NCBI GenBank assembly: GCA_009914755.4
Contig: CP068257.2
Span: 14,400,001-14,464,000, forward strand
Reading direction: 5' to 3'
DNA: 64,000 nt
Source: the human T2T-CHM13v2.0 reference genome, Homo sapiens
The notes beneath the pieces were generated by a model. It saw only the letters and a list, made by a program, of their open reading frames with translations. It had not been told where the DNA came from and made no database searches. Positions 26,292 through 39,213 of the stretch are shown piece after piece. Made by a program: the position numbers and the translations under genes. Position 1 is the stretch's first letter. Each line of letters starts with the position of its first letter.

Positions 26292-26335
26292 GGGGGGTTC
26301 CCCCCATCTTTTTAACCAATTTTAACCAATGGTGT
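26292..26335. promoter_or_regulatory. palindromic kappaB-like site GGGGGGTTCCCCCC (26292-26305) followed by two CCAAT boxes (26316-26320, 26326-26330)
   Basis: aggggggttccccccatctttttaaCCAATtttaaCCAATggtg. GGGGTTCCCC fits the kappaB consensus GGGRNWYYCC. Chance occurrence cannot be excluded. Confidence 0.2.
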
Positions 26336-26721
26336 TCTACTGCAGATGAGAAGATACTGTATTTCAAAAACTATTTTAACCATCAAATTGAAGGAACACA
26401 AATCAGTAGCAATAGAAGCCTTCTTAATCCTCCTTAGGATGCAATTCAGATGAAAGAACTGCTTTTTCTATTTTTCTTTTTGTGTGTGTGTGTTATAGAT
26501 GGATCTGAGAACGCTGTCTGGGCTTGGTACCAAGAGCTGGTATTTCACAGCAGCGACCGCCTCACAGACGAGCTGTGGGAAGCAGGAGGGAGACTCTCTC
26601 TTAGGGTGCCACTACTATGGAGACACAGCTGGGCTGAACAAGATTTGCTTCAAACGACAACAAGAGAGACAGAAAGTATCTGGTTCAACCGCTGCCCGAG
26701 CAGGCAGGCACCAGAAGAGCT

Positions 26722-26790
26722 AGCAGCCAATCCGGCCATGCTCGAAGCCAGCTCTGCAGCTCAGCCAATCAGTGACATCATTGGTGAGAA
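26722..26790. promoter_or_regulatory. pair of canonical NF-Y Y-boxes (agCCAATcc at 26727-26731 and agCCAATcag at 26765-26769) plus ATTGG (26780-26784), running into a gtgag donor-like site
   Basis: tagcagccaatccggccatgctcgaagccagctctgcagctcagccaatcagtgacatcattggtgagaa. agccaatcag is the strongest form of the NF-Y site. CpGs are retained here (tccggcc, ctcgaag). Confidence 0.25.
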
Positions 26791-26848
26791 ACTCATTTAC
26801 ATCATGCAGTAATGAACTTTGTTTAACATAGACTTCCCCCTTTCCTGT

Positions 26849-26970
26849 CACCCCCCCCCCCTTTCCATATTAGGTCCTTCCATTAATTATTCTGCTGGCA
26901 TAATTTAAACCGCTATGCAAAAATGTGGCTACATTCTCTCTGATGGCTTTTACCTCCCCCCCCCCCCCCA
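26849..26970. repeat. two long homopolymer C tracts (C11-12 at ~26850-26861 and C15 at 26956-26970) 95 bp apart
   Basis: tgtcacccccccccccctttcc and tacctccccccccccccccattgg, read directly. Such tracts are mutable and can form i-motif or G4 structures on the complementary strand. Confidence 0.9.
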
Positions 26971-29900
26971 TTGGTGTCTGCCGTCACTGAAAGTGATTCT
27001 GGGTACAATTCTATTTTGTTTTGAACTTGCAAAAATTATCTTCTCTTTCTTAAAAAAAATTCTTAACAACATTAAACCTCTGTTTATATTGTCTGATCCC
27101 TCTTCTTATGAATGAATACATGCTTCTCCAAGTTGGGGTTCAGAATTGTACAAGGCAACAGAGAATAAGGTGTGCATTGCCATGGAAGTTGCAGGTTTTT
27201 CAAACAATCTGTATCTTAGAACTTCCTTTAACGTTTCCAGATTTTATGCTGCAGTGGCCATTTTACATACAGTGCTTTATCCAAAAAGCACTTGTATGCA
27301 TCTGTCACATGGAGGAAAGTTCACTCTTGTTATATTTCATTCTCCACTGCTCTCAGCCAACATTGTCATTTTATTAATGAATAGAACTGAGGTCATTTCT
27401 GGACAAATCTCCCCCTTCCCATCCCAGCACAATGCACCTGATTTGCATCCATTTACTAGAAAAAATGAATACAAGAACCAGCTTGAAAAGAAGTTAAGGG
27501 ACCAGCTTACGTATTATTTCAGAATATATTGCAGTAATACAGTTTGTTTTTTTAAAATGTGTAATATTTAACATTTGCCTTAGTGTTTCTATAAAAATGC
27601 CTGCTATCCATTTGCAATGTAATACCTTTAGCAAATTTATAGGATTGTTACATAACCAAAGTAGATCAAATTAAATAACGTTCACAAATGAGTTCATTTA
27701 TCTGCAGAAAACCTGTGGAAATACAATTTTGCCTTGCACATTTGTATTTAGTTGTCAGGGATAAAGTCATTTTTTCTATAGATAACTTAAAGAGGCTGGA
27801 ACATGTGGCATGTGAAGATTTCAGGTTGCTTTATAAAATCCCAGAGAGCAAAACTGGGTCACACTTCAATGCAATTTCTATTAAGTCATATCTTTATTGC
27901 ATATTTGCGTTAAAGGCGCACAGTTTTCTAGCAGAGAAGGTGAAGTTTCATTGTCTTTCTTTTAAAAGGATGTTTTGAATATAATTATTCAAAAACATGG
28001 AATTTTAAAAATATTGACAAGGGTTTCATAATAGTGCATGATTCATTTAAGAAGCTTAGAGAATGCAATGATAGGCATAGTCACTTTTTAAAGCATATGA
28101 AGGATTTAGATGGGAAACCATGGCCCTTTTAATTCATGAGGCATTCCATCATCCCATCATCAGTATTCAGGGGGCGACTGTCCTGAATCAGTCACGAGCT
28201 CCCCTGCTGCAGATCCTGTAATTTGAATCATGTGTAATAATATATTATCCTACTGGGGGCCTTCTTTCAGTAGGAGAATGGTTTATACATTCTGCTGTAA
28301 GAGAACTTTTGGCTTCTAGCCGACTCACAGCTATTACTCACATAGGCAATCACGATCGTCTTCCTTAAGGAATAACATCTGCACAACCTCCAGAGCCAAA
28401 AATCTGCAACCTCCCGCACAGTATGAATTATGATTTCTTGGAATTGGGAACACTTGACAAACTGAAGTAGAAAAATGGAAGGTTTAAAGGAATGGATCAA
28501 CATTTTATTGAGTGTGCCATGTGGCGACAGCGCAAACTCCCATTCCTTTGAAATGATGGAGAATGGTGAGGAAAGGGGGCCAAAAATATACCTACATGTG
28601 TTCATTTGATTTTTAGACACAGCCGAAATGTAATGTGTTTTATGAAGACGTGGCTGCCTCTGTGTTTTTCTGTGGACATCCTAGCAAGGTCCTGTAAAGG
28701 GCGTAGCAACGTGGAGAAATAAATGGGGGGCGAAGGTGGTCGTGAAAGCAGAGAAATTGTCTCCCCTCGAGAAGGAAGCAATGTAATGTAGCAGGAACCA
28801 TTTTGACCCCGGAGTTAAAAATTATAGTGTACCTCCGACTCTTTCTCTTGTTATCACCTTGATCAGATCACTTAATTTCTTTCCATTTTCTCCTGCATTC
28901 AAAAATTCAAGACAATGCCAGCATAGAGATTTTCTCTTTGTGTGAAATGCCTTCCCATTTTTTAAGAGTCTAGATCCTTTTTTGCTTCAAGGACCAAGTT
29001 AAATGTCTCCTCTTCTGTGAAATCTCTCCAAATCATCACGACCAGAATCTCTCACTTCTCCACCCCTTTTCATCTCCTTTATTGCCTGTGTGCCAGTCAG
29101 TATTGCTGTAGGGCCACATGTGTGTACGTCTTTGCCACTAGACTGAAAGCCCCTTGGGGACAGAGACCACATTGAATTCTTCCACCCCCAGCTCTAAGAA
29201 TAATGAATGATGCTCCTAAGGTTCAAATCCATGTTTTAATTAATGAATTATAAGTACATTATAAATTGCAGAGGGAGGGTCATACAAATTCTGGGGATTA
29301 CAATTATTGTTGTCAACTATTACCACTATGTACCAGTTGATGTCAGCTTTACCTCATCAATGTTAAGCCTTTTATTTCACTGGCCCTTCATAATAAATCT
29401 CAGATTAAATGGTCCTTGTATTATTTTTCTTAAATAGCCAGTCATAAGGAAATGCAAATCATTTTGTTTATTAAATATAAAATTGAGCCAACTTAGTTGG
29501 TGTTTAAAAACTTAAAAATAGGTGAAATTTATGTAGATTCAAGCAACCATGATAAGCAAATTACAGTATCCAGCTCTACTGTTCATGATATGAAAAATTA
29601 CTTGGAAAAGGTAAGCAGTTAACATGGAATGTTGAAATGCTTTACAAAGCATAATAAATCAGGAAATATAGAATCCCATGTCAGCGTTATAATTAATGTA
29701 TGTATTTTTAATCTGTAAACTAGTACAATAATCTTGAGTGATTTCTAGATGTTTTTGATATAATCTGATAACATAATGCCAAAGCATGATTGATTTTATG
29801 TTAGTTATCTATTTAAGTTTATACTTTTGGTTATTATACTACTGCTAAGAGGAAATTAATGTTTTGGCAAAAATGATATTTTTGTTAATGTTTGAAAATC

Positions 29901-31424
29901 GTCTTTAGATTTAAAAATATATTTTAAACTGTTTTTCACTACCTTTTATGAGAAGAGAATGAAATAATTAGAAAATATATATATCTTTACTTTTATATCT
30001 GGAAAAATAGAAATTTCAGAGCTTGAAATCAGCTTAAGTATTTTGTAAAAGTATTAGAGAGGAAAAGTATCTCGCCCAAAATACGTACTTTCAAGTTCCC
30101 GGGACAGCTAAGACTGGTGTCAAGAATTCGGAAAGACTGGGTCAATATTTTTTTACCCTACCAAATAATCTTCATGTTAAAAACCAGCAAGATAGGATTA
30201 TACAATTTTATAGTACTAACATAAATTACATTTACTTATGTAATCCAATACTGTATGTAGAATTCACATATCATAGGGAAAAATGGGAGACTGGACCTTA
30301 TTGAGCTGTATTTTTCCACTATCCTACAATAATGCAATTGGGTCCTAATAAATAATCATTTATATTAGTATTCTTTAAAAATAATTATGGTTATGATGAA
30401 GTAAAAATGGAAATGATATCTGGGTTCACTCTGCTAGCTCTGAATTCAGTTAACACAGATATTGTATCTTAATGACAAGATTGGTTAAATAGATTTGGGT
30501 GGGTCAGTTTGAACTTTTTTTAACCAATGAATTATACTGTTATTCTTAATCTTTTTTATTCTGCTTAAGTCTCCAGTTATCCCAAAGATGAGATATTTGC
30601 ATCTAGCCAATTATTTAAAAATATAATTCTGGACCTTGTAAATACTGAGAGATGAATTGTGCCCACTTAGAAACGAATGTTTCTCAAAGACAATAAAAAT
30701 AGTAGGACTGTCCAGCATCTTCTGTTTAGAAAATTACAGTTAAGAGTTCAGAGAGTGACTGAGAAAATGTAAAGCATCTTAAAGAAAATGTTACTTTACT
30801 TCCTAATTTAAGACGTGGTAACTGACAGCCGTGTGCATTTGAATACTATTTTGTTTTTCTAAATTTATTAAAGTAATGATAAACAAGATAGAAATAATGT
30901 AACACCCCCCCATACTGGTACTTATTGATACCATAATTGTACGGTCCTTATTCCAAAATTAATTATTGAATTAGGAAAGTGGAGTAAATATTAGGGCATA
31001 GGCTTACACAGCAAAACTAGTAAGTTTGTGATTGAGAATTGCTTATTTGTAAGATGGCAAAGAAATAGATAAAACTGACCTAAAACATTTGCATATTCTG
31101 GCTTTTTTTCCTGCTTAACCCTTACGACATGATTTAAAAGCAGTATCAATATATTTCGGTGTTTACCGAGTATTTCCACGAACTGAAGATAACACATCTT
31201 GTTATTGATCAGTGAGGTTGCTCTGTAACTGGTTGCTGAACCAAGAGGAGGAACAAAAGGCTTTGAGTTAATGGCTAATATTTGCTGGGGCCTAATATTT
31301 CCACTATATGCCATATGCTACACTATGTGCTATGCACACATTCTTTCATTTAATTCTCAAATCAATCCTTTGGTATAATTACTATCCTTATTTTACAAAA
31401 CTGAGAAAATTGAGTTTCAAAAAG

Positions 31425-31520
31425 GCTAAGCCACTCCTCAAAGTCACATGACTAACAAGCAGCAAAAGAGGGATTTGAACGAAGGATTCTGACTTGAGAG
31501 AATGCATTCCTAATCATTCC
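31425..31520 (+). mobile_element. MIR-like SINE fragment (5' region)
   Basis: ggctaagccactcctcaaagtcacatgactaacaagcagcaaaagagggatttgaacgaaggattctgacttgagagaatgcattcc resembles the MIR ggtcacacagctagtaagtggcagagctgggatttgaacccaggtctgtctgactccaaagcc. Confidence 0.4.
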
Positions 31521-33054
31521 AAACTGAATAATCAGTACATGTGATTTTGCTGTTTGCTGTAGAAACAGATTTTTTATATATATTACATTCATTAATGGTG
31601 TATCTGGTTCAGTTTTTTAAATGTTCACATATATTTTTACCTTAGCATTTTATAGGTCAGTTTGAAAGCTATTGAGTTCGCAATAATATCTACATTAATA
31701 TTTTCTTCATATTTTGGTATTTCTGCACCCAATCAGATCATTTAGGTAATACATACCAAAACAATTTCTAAACAGTGACATACCAGACAAATGTAAGGTC
31801 ATGTTAGTAGTAAAATGTCTTTGTAAGTCTGAATTACTAAAAATAAGTATTAGACTAAATGTTTCCATTTCCTCTTTTTCCTAGATATTTTACTTATTAA
31901 ATATAACACCTATTTTATGACAAAATTAATTCTCATTAATTTGGCAGTTGCAGAATGTCACTTTGGCTTATTTAGACCCTGACTATCCAGACATGTAAGG
32001 TAGTTCAGGTTCTCACTCCTGTTTACACATCTTGTGTCTACAACCCACTGCAATCCACAGGATGTTAAAAGAATCTTACAATTACTGAATATGTAGTAAT
32101 ATATTTTATGCCTAATGCTATATTTTTTAGTTTTTATCTACAGTGGTCAAGACTAGAGGGCATAGCTGACAAGTTGTTGACTTTCAGGGAATCAGCTTAA
32201 TTTGGGGAAGGGAAAGGAGAAAACAGAATTGTGTAGTTTCTTAGCTTCCTGATGAAATGTTGTCCAGTTTCTTTCTCAATTTTCTATTTCTTTCTAGAAC
32301 AATGTTGTACACTTACCATATGTCAGAAACTGTGCAGGCAATAAAATGATCCTCTCATGAACTCCAACTTCAACATTGTTATTGATTTTCATAATGAAAA
32401 CACTATATCAATATATGTTCATGTATAATTGAGGTGTTTAGTTTGGTTACATAATTTATGGTACCCTCTTTTAAAAAAATCTAGAAAAGCAGAAGTTTTG
32501 ACCCCTATGATTCTCATTTGAATGAAACTCCACTCCACTGTGCTCTCCACTGTGCCTTTGCCTCTTCTATGATCCTGATACCTAGAACTCAATACACTGC
32601 TCCTTGGAAGGTTTGAGGAATGCAGGGTGAAGGAGGACTATCATCTCTGTGTTTGGGGGCCACTAGGCCCATGGATGTGGTGCAAAGACCTCAATAGCAG
32701 GTTTAAGGATCATATTCTGATTTTGCCCATGCCTTACGCTATTCTCGGTACAGTTAGAATTTGATATTATTTTTTCTCGCAAGATTCCTTGATGTTCGCA
32801 TTACTAATAATTACCTTTGTGGGAAAGAATCAAGGTCAACATAGCAGTTCCTTTCATTGCTTCTGAACTTACTGAGAAAGCACTTAAAGTATAGGACTTA
32901 AGCACTAGTAAAGTACTTAAAACATTTATTTTCAGAATGTTAATTTTTACACAGTGAAAACTAGAGATAATAGTGTCAATGACTACTTAGTGATCACTTA
33001 ACTCCATGAGGTACTGTGAGAAGTGGTTAGGAGCATAAAATCTCTGTACAGATG

Positions 33055-33200
33055 CCTGGTTCTGATTCTGAACTTCATGACTTAGTAGATACATAACCTT
33101 GGACAAGTTACATAACTTCCCCGGGCCCCAGTTTTCTCATCTGTGCAATAGTACATACCTTAAAAGACTGTGAGGATTCTAGTGCATTTTTGCAAAGGAT
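33055..33200 (+). mobile_element. MIR SINE core fragment
   Basis: cttggacaagttacataacttccccgggccccagttttctcatctgtgcaatagtacataccttaaaagactgtgaggattc matches the MIR core cttgggcaagttacttaacctctctgagcctcagtttcctcatctgtaaaatggggataata...gggttgttgtgaggattaaatg. Confidence 0.6.
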
Positions 33201-33869
33201 GGCATTATAAAGATGTGCAAATTCATGTTCTTTACTCTTCGAAGTATGGAATGTAGAGAGTATGTGTTTGTATATATTTAAATAAATATTAATGCAGTGT
33301 AGTTAAGTGCTATACCAGAGATGTATTTATGCTTCATAAATACTTTTAAAGTTTAATTTTACTTCACCTCTTTAACCAAGTTTTGTTTTTATTTGAACAA
33401 GTTGTCAACCATTGTTATAATCATCAGTTTTATCCCATCAAATATTGGTTTCATTTAAAAAGTTGTTTAAAAAGACTCTATGTTATTTTAATAATATCTA
33501 TATAAGTTTACAATTTCAGGCAACTAATAATATTCAATCCATTGATTCTACTTTTTCCTCCATTGCTCAGTGTATATATCAGAAAATACAAATGTCCGAA
33601 GTCACATGTAAAAATACATGAAACCATTTATTCTGATTTTTGCAAAGCTCGATGGTAGAGCTAATATTTTAGACCATGATACCCTAGAATGACCAGAGGT
33701 TAGGTTCCTAGTTAGTGGCATTCTGTAAAGACAATTAATCCATAGTCCAAGTGTCTAATGTTCAAGAATCAGATACTTGATCACGTAGACTGTCCTTTAA
33801 CAATCTCCATTGTACTCAGGAAGAAAATAATAGATTCTAATCCGAAGACCTGACCTAAAACCCTTTGTA

Positions 33870-33970
33870 AGTGCTCCAAGCCTCACTTTTCTTATTATGA
33901 AATGGGGATAGTAATGCCTAACTGGAAAGATAATTGTGTGGGCTAAATAAGAGGACCTGTGGAGTACTGT
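33870..33970 (+). mobile_element. MIR-like fragment
   Basis: gcctcacttttcttattatgaaatggggatagtaatgcctaactgg resembles gcctcagtttcctcatctgtaaaatggggataataatacctacctc. Confidence 0.4.
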
Positions 33971-36900
33971 TAGGTTTTCTCTTCTGTAAGTTTTGCAAAG
34001 TCTGTTCAAGTGTGTGTTTCAATGTCAATGAGAGCAACAGGACTTCAAATAAAATGCAAGCTTCTGAGGAGGCAAACTCTAGTATGATGTATTCTATAGA
34101 ATAGAGAATGACAAGATTCTTTAAAAATATTTCTCATTAAAACCCCCATTAGTTCAAATGATTTCAGGGGATTGTGAATGCAAGTTAATTAAATCAGAAT
34201 TCTTTCTCATCTTATCCTGGGAATGACTGAAACTAAAAATGGTTTCATTTTAAAAAGAGGTTCATGAGCTCGCTCCCTCTCTCCACCTCCATCTCTATCT
34301 CTGTCTTTCCCTGCCTCTGAGAGAAACTGACGTATTTGGGTAGAGAAGAGCATCAGTAAGTGTTTCCAGTGATTGAGGCAGAGGGATGTTCAAAGGCATG
34401 AGTATTTTTAGATTAATAGTAACGATGCAACTAATTTTCAGGTGTCTCATTAAGGTGAAAAATAATATACTATAAATAGCATCATATTTGGACACCTATG
34501 TGCCAATTTTATGATGCTTTTACAATTTCATCTAATCTATTACAATTTGTTATTACTCCCTTCAAGTTTTATCCATGCTTTCATGGTACTAATAATGAAG
34601 ATGACGATCAACTGAACTTTGCCATGATATTTTGTAGGTGTACCTGTTGTTTGAACTATGTATATAAATCATAAAGCAAAGAAATTACACATTGTGTTTG
34701 GGATATCTTATAGTAATATTGCCTTTTAATAATCCCCGTTTCTCCTTTTATTTAACAGCAATTACCCAACATCCTATTAAACATCAACAGAGATCGTCTT
34801 GCATGTCATTATAGTGCAATAAGATCTGTTTAGCTTTTCAGCTCTTACAAGATATTCATTTTGCAGTGGAGTTAAGCTTTTCTATTACCTTCCTAGGATG
34901 ATGGTTTAGGAGTCTTTAAAAATTTTTATTAAACTCATTTTAGTTATTTTTTCCCTTTGTTAGTTAATTGATTTTTCTAGGACTGAGAAAGTGGGTTTTT
35001 AACATATCTCTTCTCTAGGGATAGGCTTCAGTATGGGGGCTGTTGGAGAGACCATATACCCCATTTCTCCGGGGATATGTCTAGTTTATGCCTATTGTAC
35101 CAGGGTAATTATTGATGGTGCCCTCTTTCATTTTCAGTAGTGACCCATTTTTCATTAGAAATTATGTGGCCATTCTATAATATAAAGTTAATTTCTGAAT
35201 GTTTTGGTAAAGATTATATTTTTGGATATGCAAATCTGTTGTCATCATGAAAGTATTTGTACTTTGCAGATTGTGTAACATGAGTTTAGGTTTTGCAAAT
35301 GTGGTCACTACAGTAATAGATAATTTTGTTGATAGGTGTTAGACATGCAATGAGTAATTGTTGATCTAAACTCACTCATTTGAGCATCAGATTTCATTAG
35401 TACTCTAGTCTAGACTAACAGCAGGAAGAAGTCCAGCATGTCAATTCATTTAACAAATATTGGTTGAGCACTATGTGCCAATCATTGCTATAAGCACTGA
35501 GGGACACAGCAGTAAAGCAAATAGACAAAGTCCGCTGTGCTCATAAAGCTTGTGTTCTGAGGTCCTTTATAGGGTAATAATATATATTTATTAAGTTATA
35601 CCAATGACATTTTGCTCTCTTATACAAATTGCTTTGACAAAAGGAAGGTTTCATTTAAAATCCAGCCTGTTTTTATTCAGACTGCTCCATGATGTAGGCT
35701 AACTTTATACCATGAATTCCTACTGGGTACGTTTTTCTTTCTCTCACTCAGTAGCTTACCTGACATCTTAGGCCCTCCTGGAGTTGATGGTGCCAGCTGC
35801 CCATGATTTTTATGTTTTATTTAGTCAAGAAGCAGCTCAGAAATCCTAATAACTTGAGATCTTCTTATGTTCTAGCTAACACACAAAGGTACATGGAAAA
35901 TGTACTACCTTATTTGTTTTTGGAAACTTTTCTTTTCTCCCTGAGAACAGGTTATTGTCATTTTTGCCTATATATATAAAATTCATGTTTTTAAATGTAT
36001 CCTCGAGCTTTTCAAGTGATTTCTCTCCTGTGGAAGCACCTTCTCTTGTTATTTGGCTTTTTATAAAGCCCACGAATATTTTAAAATTTTAAATGACTTA
36101 TGTGCATAAAAAAATAAGCAATTTTTATATTAAGAATACATATTTAAGCAATTTATCTGTTAAGAGTACATATTTAAAATGAGAACAATTATATCATAAA
36201 ACCAGAACTGTTTGGAGTTTGACATAGACTTGAGACAATTGTTTAATTCCTTTATTTTTTAAATGTGCCCAGAAAATGTGTAAAGAAATGGTATTCAACT
36301 TGCTCAGATTTACAGAGTAGTTTGTGATAGACTCAGAAAAAAAAGATTTTTTAAAATTTGAATTTTTAAAGTTTTGATTATAAAAATATTTTCTCTGCTC
36401 TAAATTTGAAAAATTTTAGAGTTATATGAAAGAAAATTGAAATATTTAGTTATTTTACTCTGTATAAATTACCATAGTTGCACAAATTCTAAAAATACAT
36501 ATGTCTTTTGAATAATATTGAAGTTTCACTATATAAATATTTATATCTTGTTTTTAAACATGAAGAGAGAAAATATTATGTGGTATGATATAAGGGATGC
36601 ACATTTAGATGAAAAATAAAGGAAGAAAGAATTGATAAGACAGGCATTTAAAAACCTAGGTATTTTTGAATTACAACTTCACAAATTATATGAGGCTATA
36701 TAGGATATATATAGAAGTGAATATGAATATGTCAATGTCATTTCATAAAAATGTTTTGTGGTACACTGAAGAGAGACATGTCAAAGTGACAATGCTGTCA
36801 TAGATGTGGATGCCCTTTCTTGCTCCTGGGAAGTAGTATCTCTTCCCTCCACATATACTCTGGGTTATACCCTCTCTTAAATCCTCATGGAATTTTTCCA

Positions 36901-38852
36901 TCGATGATCCTTCTCCTGTATCATCACCTTCCTCTCAACCAGTTCTTCCCTCCCAGAACTCAAAAATGACCAACTTTCACTCATCCTAAGTAAACAGATG
37001 AGGAAAACAATAATAGCCACCCCCCATAAACCTATTTCCTCTTGTATCTCTTACTTATCCATTCTGTTGCTGGACACGAAGTCAGGAGAGCTGAGAAAAG
37101 ACTCTAACTCACTCGGGACAAGTAGTGTAACTTCTTTGCACTCCAGCAGAATTGATAGTTTTATATTTCATAAAATATAAAACGGTGTTAAAAAGCTATA
37201 GTTTTTTTTTTTCCAAAAGTACTTTGTCCACCTTGAACACCACATAAATGTAAAGGAGAAGAGAGGAAATATCCTCTACAAGCTACTTTTTAATTGTTAT
37301 TTTTAGGGAGCTCTAAAGTAACTCTAAAGGTGTTTTTGACATAATATAATTACCATTTACAGCCATGATCTCATTTCCATTTATTTATTTTGAGATTCTG
37401 TTCCCACTCAGGGTTCTAATGGTGCAGGGGTGGTAGTAGGGTCAAGTTATTTTAAATAACGATCAAGGAAACAATCTATTTTTAAAGGAAATAAGCTCTT
37501 TGTGCTATTGAACAAAGATCGCTGCACTTGAAGTCTATTTGTTACTCCAAAATTATTTCAATGAGAGTAGGAATCAGATGATCTCATATCTATTGCTAGC
37601 TATGCCACTAGTCATTTGTGTGACATTGGAAAACTGGTGTTTATTGGTTTATCAGGATGGACAGGAGACCAGATCAGGACTTTCAACAACTTTTCTTAAA
37701 GTAGAATTCTTTCTTAAATAAAATCGACTCAGAATCTCAAAATATTTTTAGAAAGTGCAATGACCCTGTTTGGATTAGGGTTGGGAACCTCAGAGCTGTA
37801 TTCTTTTACTCCTCATGCACTTTAGGTGGTGCCTAAGATGCCCTCATTACAGCCTCGTAACTCCATGAGAATAAAGCCACTAGAGTAGATAATTGTTGAC
37901 ATTGCTTAGAGTTTGAAAATTAGACTGTTTTTTTTTTGTTGTTGTTTTGTTTTGGTTTTGCTTCTTTTGGTCAGCCATTAATTAATATAAATTAAACTTC
38001 CACTAGATGGCAGTAGATCAAATCTTTGATCTTGACAATCTTCAGTCTAATATTTAAAAGCACATATTTGGACTTCTTACACAAATTTTAGAAGAATTTT
38101 ATTGTCTTATATTTTAAACTTTAAAATTCTTTTTCAACCTCTGAATTTTCACTTGGTATTCTGTTTTCAAGACATTACGAACTATTGGTTAGTCCAGTCT
38201 TTATGATGTCTGGTAAAAAATATTACTTGCTCTGATTATAGAAATTTTTAAAAATTGCATAATGTTCAAGTGAACACATTTTCATGAGCATCTAAATTTA
38301 TTATTCATACAGTCTTGATTTTACAGCTTCACTGGAAGGCTAATTTTTAACCCAAAATTTACAGTGACCTGGTCATTCATTTTGCTATCCCATAACGCCC
38401 ACTCCCTTCCACAGCAATGCAATTCCAATGATAGTCTGCATTGTGTATACTCTTAACTTTGCAGAGAGGGGATGCTTTCAAATTATATTAGATGATGGGA
38501 ATTTGTGATAAGGATAACTAGCGAAATGAGGTATCTCAGGAAGCTGCTTCATATCCCTAAGGTTAAAGGTATAGTAATTTCTTGGAGGTACAGAGCAACA
38601 CCTTCCTTTGGGATTCAGCAGGTCCTCCTGGAACCCAACAGCTCTGGTACCCTCATGCCAACAATGAGCCTCCCAGAAGTTGCCTCTGCTCCTCTTTTTG
38701 GATACCACTTATTTATACTCCCCAGGAAAGAAGAACTGGTTGAGTCAGTTTGTTGTAGTTGTACACAGATCATCCCTTAAGTGCAGTCTCTTGCTAAGTA
38801 AGTCCCCTGAGTTGGTTAGACCCGACTGAGGACAGCTTATTCTTTAACTAGT

Positions 38853-39213
38853 GTATTAGTCTGTCTCATGCTGCTAAAAAGACATCCCTGAGACTGGGTA
38901 ATTTATCAAGGAAAGAGGTTTAATAGACTCATAGTTCCACATGGCTGGGGAGGCCTCACAATCGTGGCAGAAGATGAAGGAAGCGCAAAGGGACGTCCTA
39001 CATGGTGGCAGGCAAGGGAGCATGTGCAAGGGAACTCCTCTCTATAAAACCATCAGATCCCGTGAGACTTATTCGCTATCATGAGAATGGCACAGGAAAG
39101 ACTCGCCCCCATGATACAATTACCTCCCATCGGGTCCCTCCCACAACACTCGGGAATTATGGAAGCCACAATTCAAGGTGAGATTTGGATGGGGACGCAG
39201 ACAAACCATATCA
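38853..39213 (-). mobile_element. THE1-type MaLR solo LTR (~361 bp), antisense, with imperfect 5-bp TSD actag/aatag
   Basis: tgtattagtctgtctcatgctgctaaaaagacatccctgagactgggtaatttatcaaggaaagaggtttaatagactcatagttccacatggctggggaggcctcacaatcgtggcagaag...ggtccctcccacaacactcgggaattatggaagccacaattcaaggtgagatttggatggggacgcagacaaaccatatca is essentially the reverse complement of the THE1 consensus (tgatatggtttgg...ccatgtggaactgtgag...ggactaataca). Confidence 0.85.

Noticed and set aside
27441-27448. Octamer ATTTGCAT and scattered TAATTA motifs as individual regulatory sites
   Set aside because: 8-bp and 6-bp AT-rich motifs occur by chance many times in 64 kb of AT-rich DNA. I use them only as supporting colour for the repeat-free block, not as stand-alone features.
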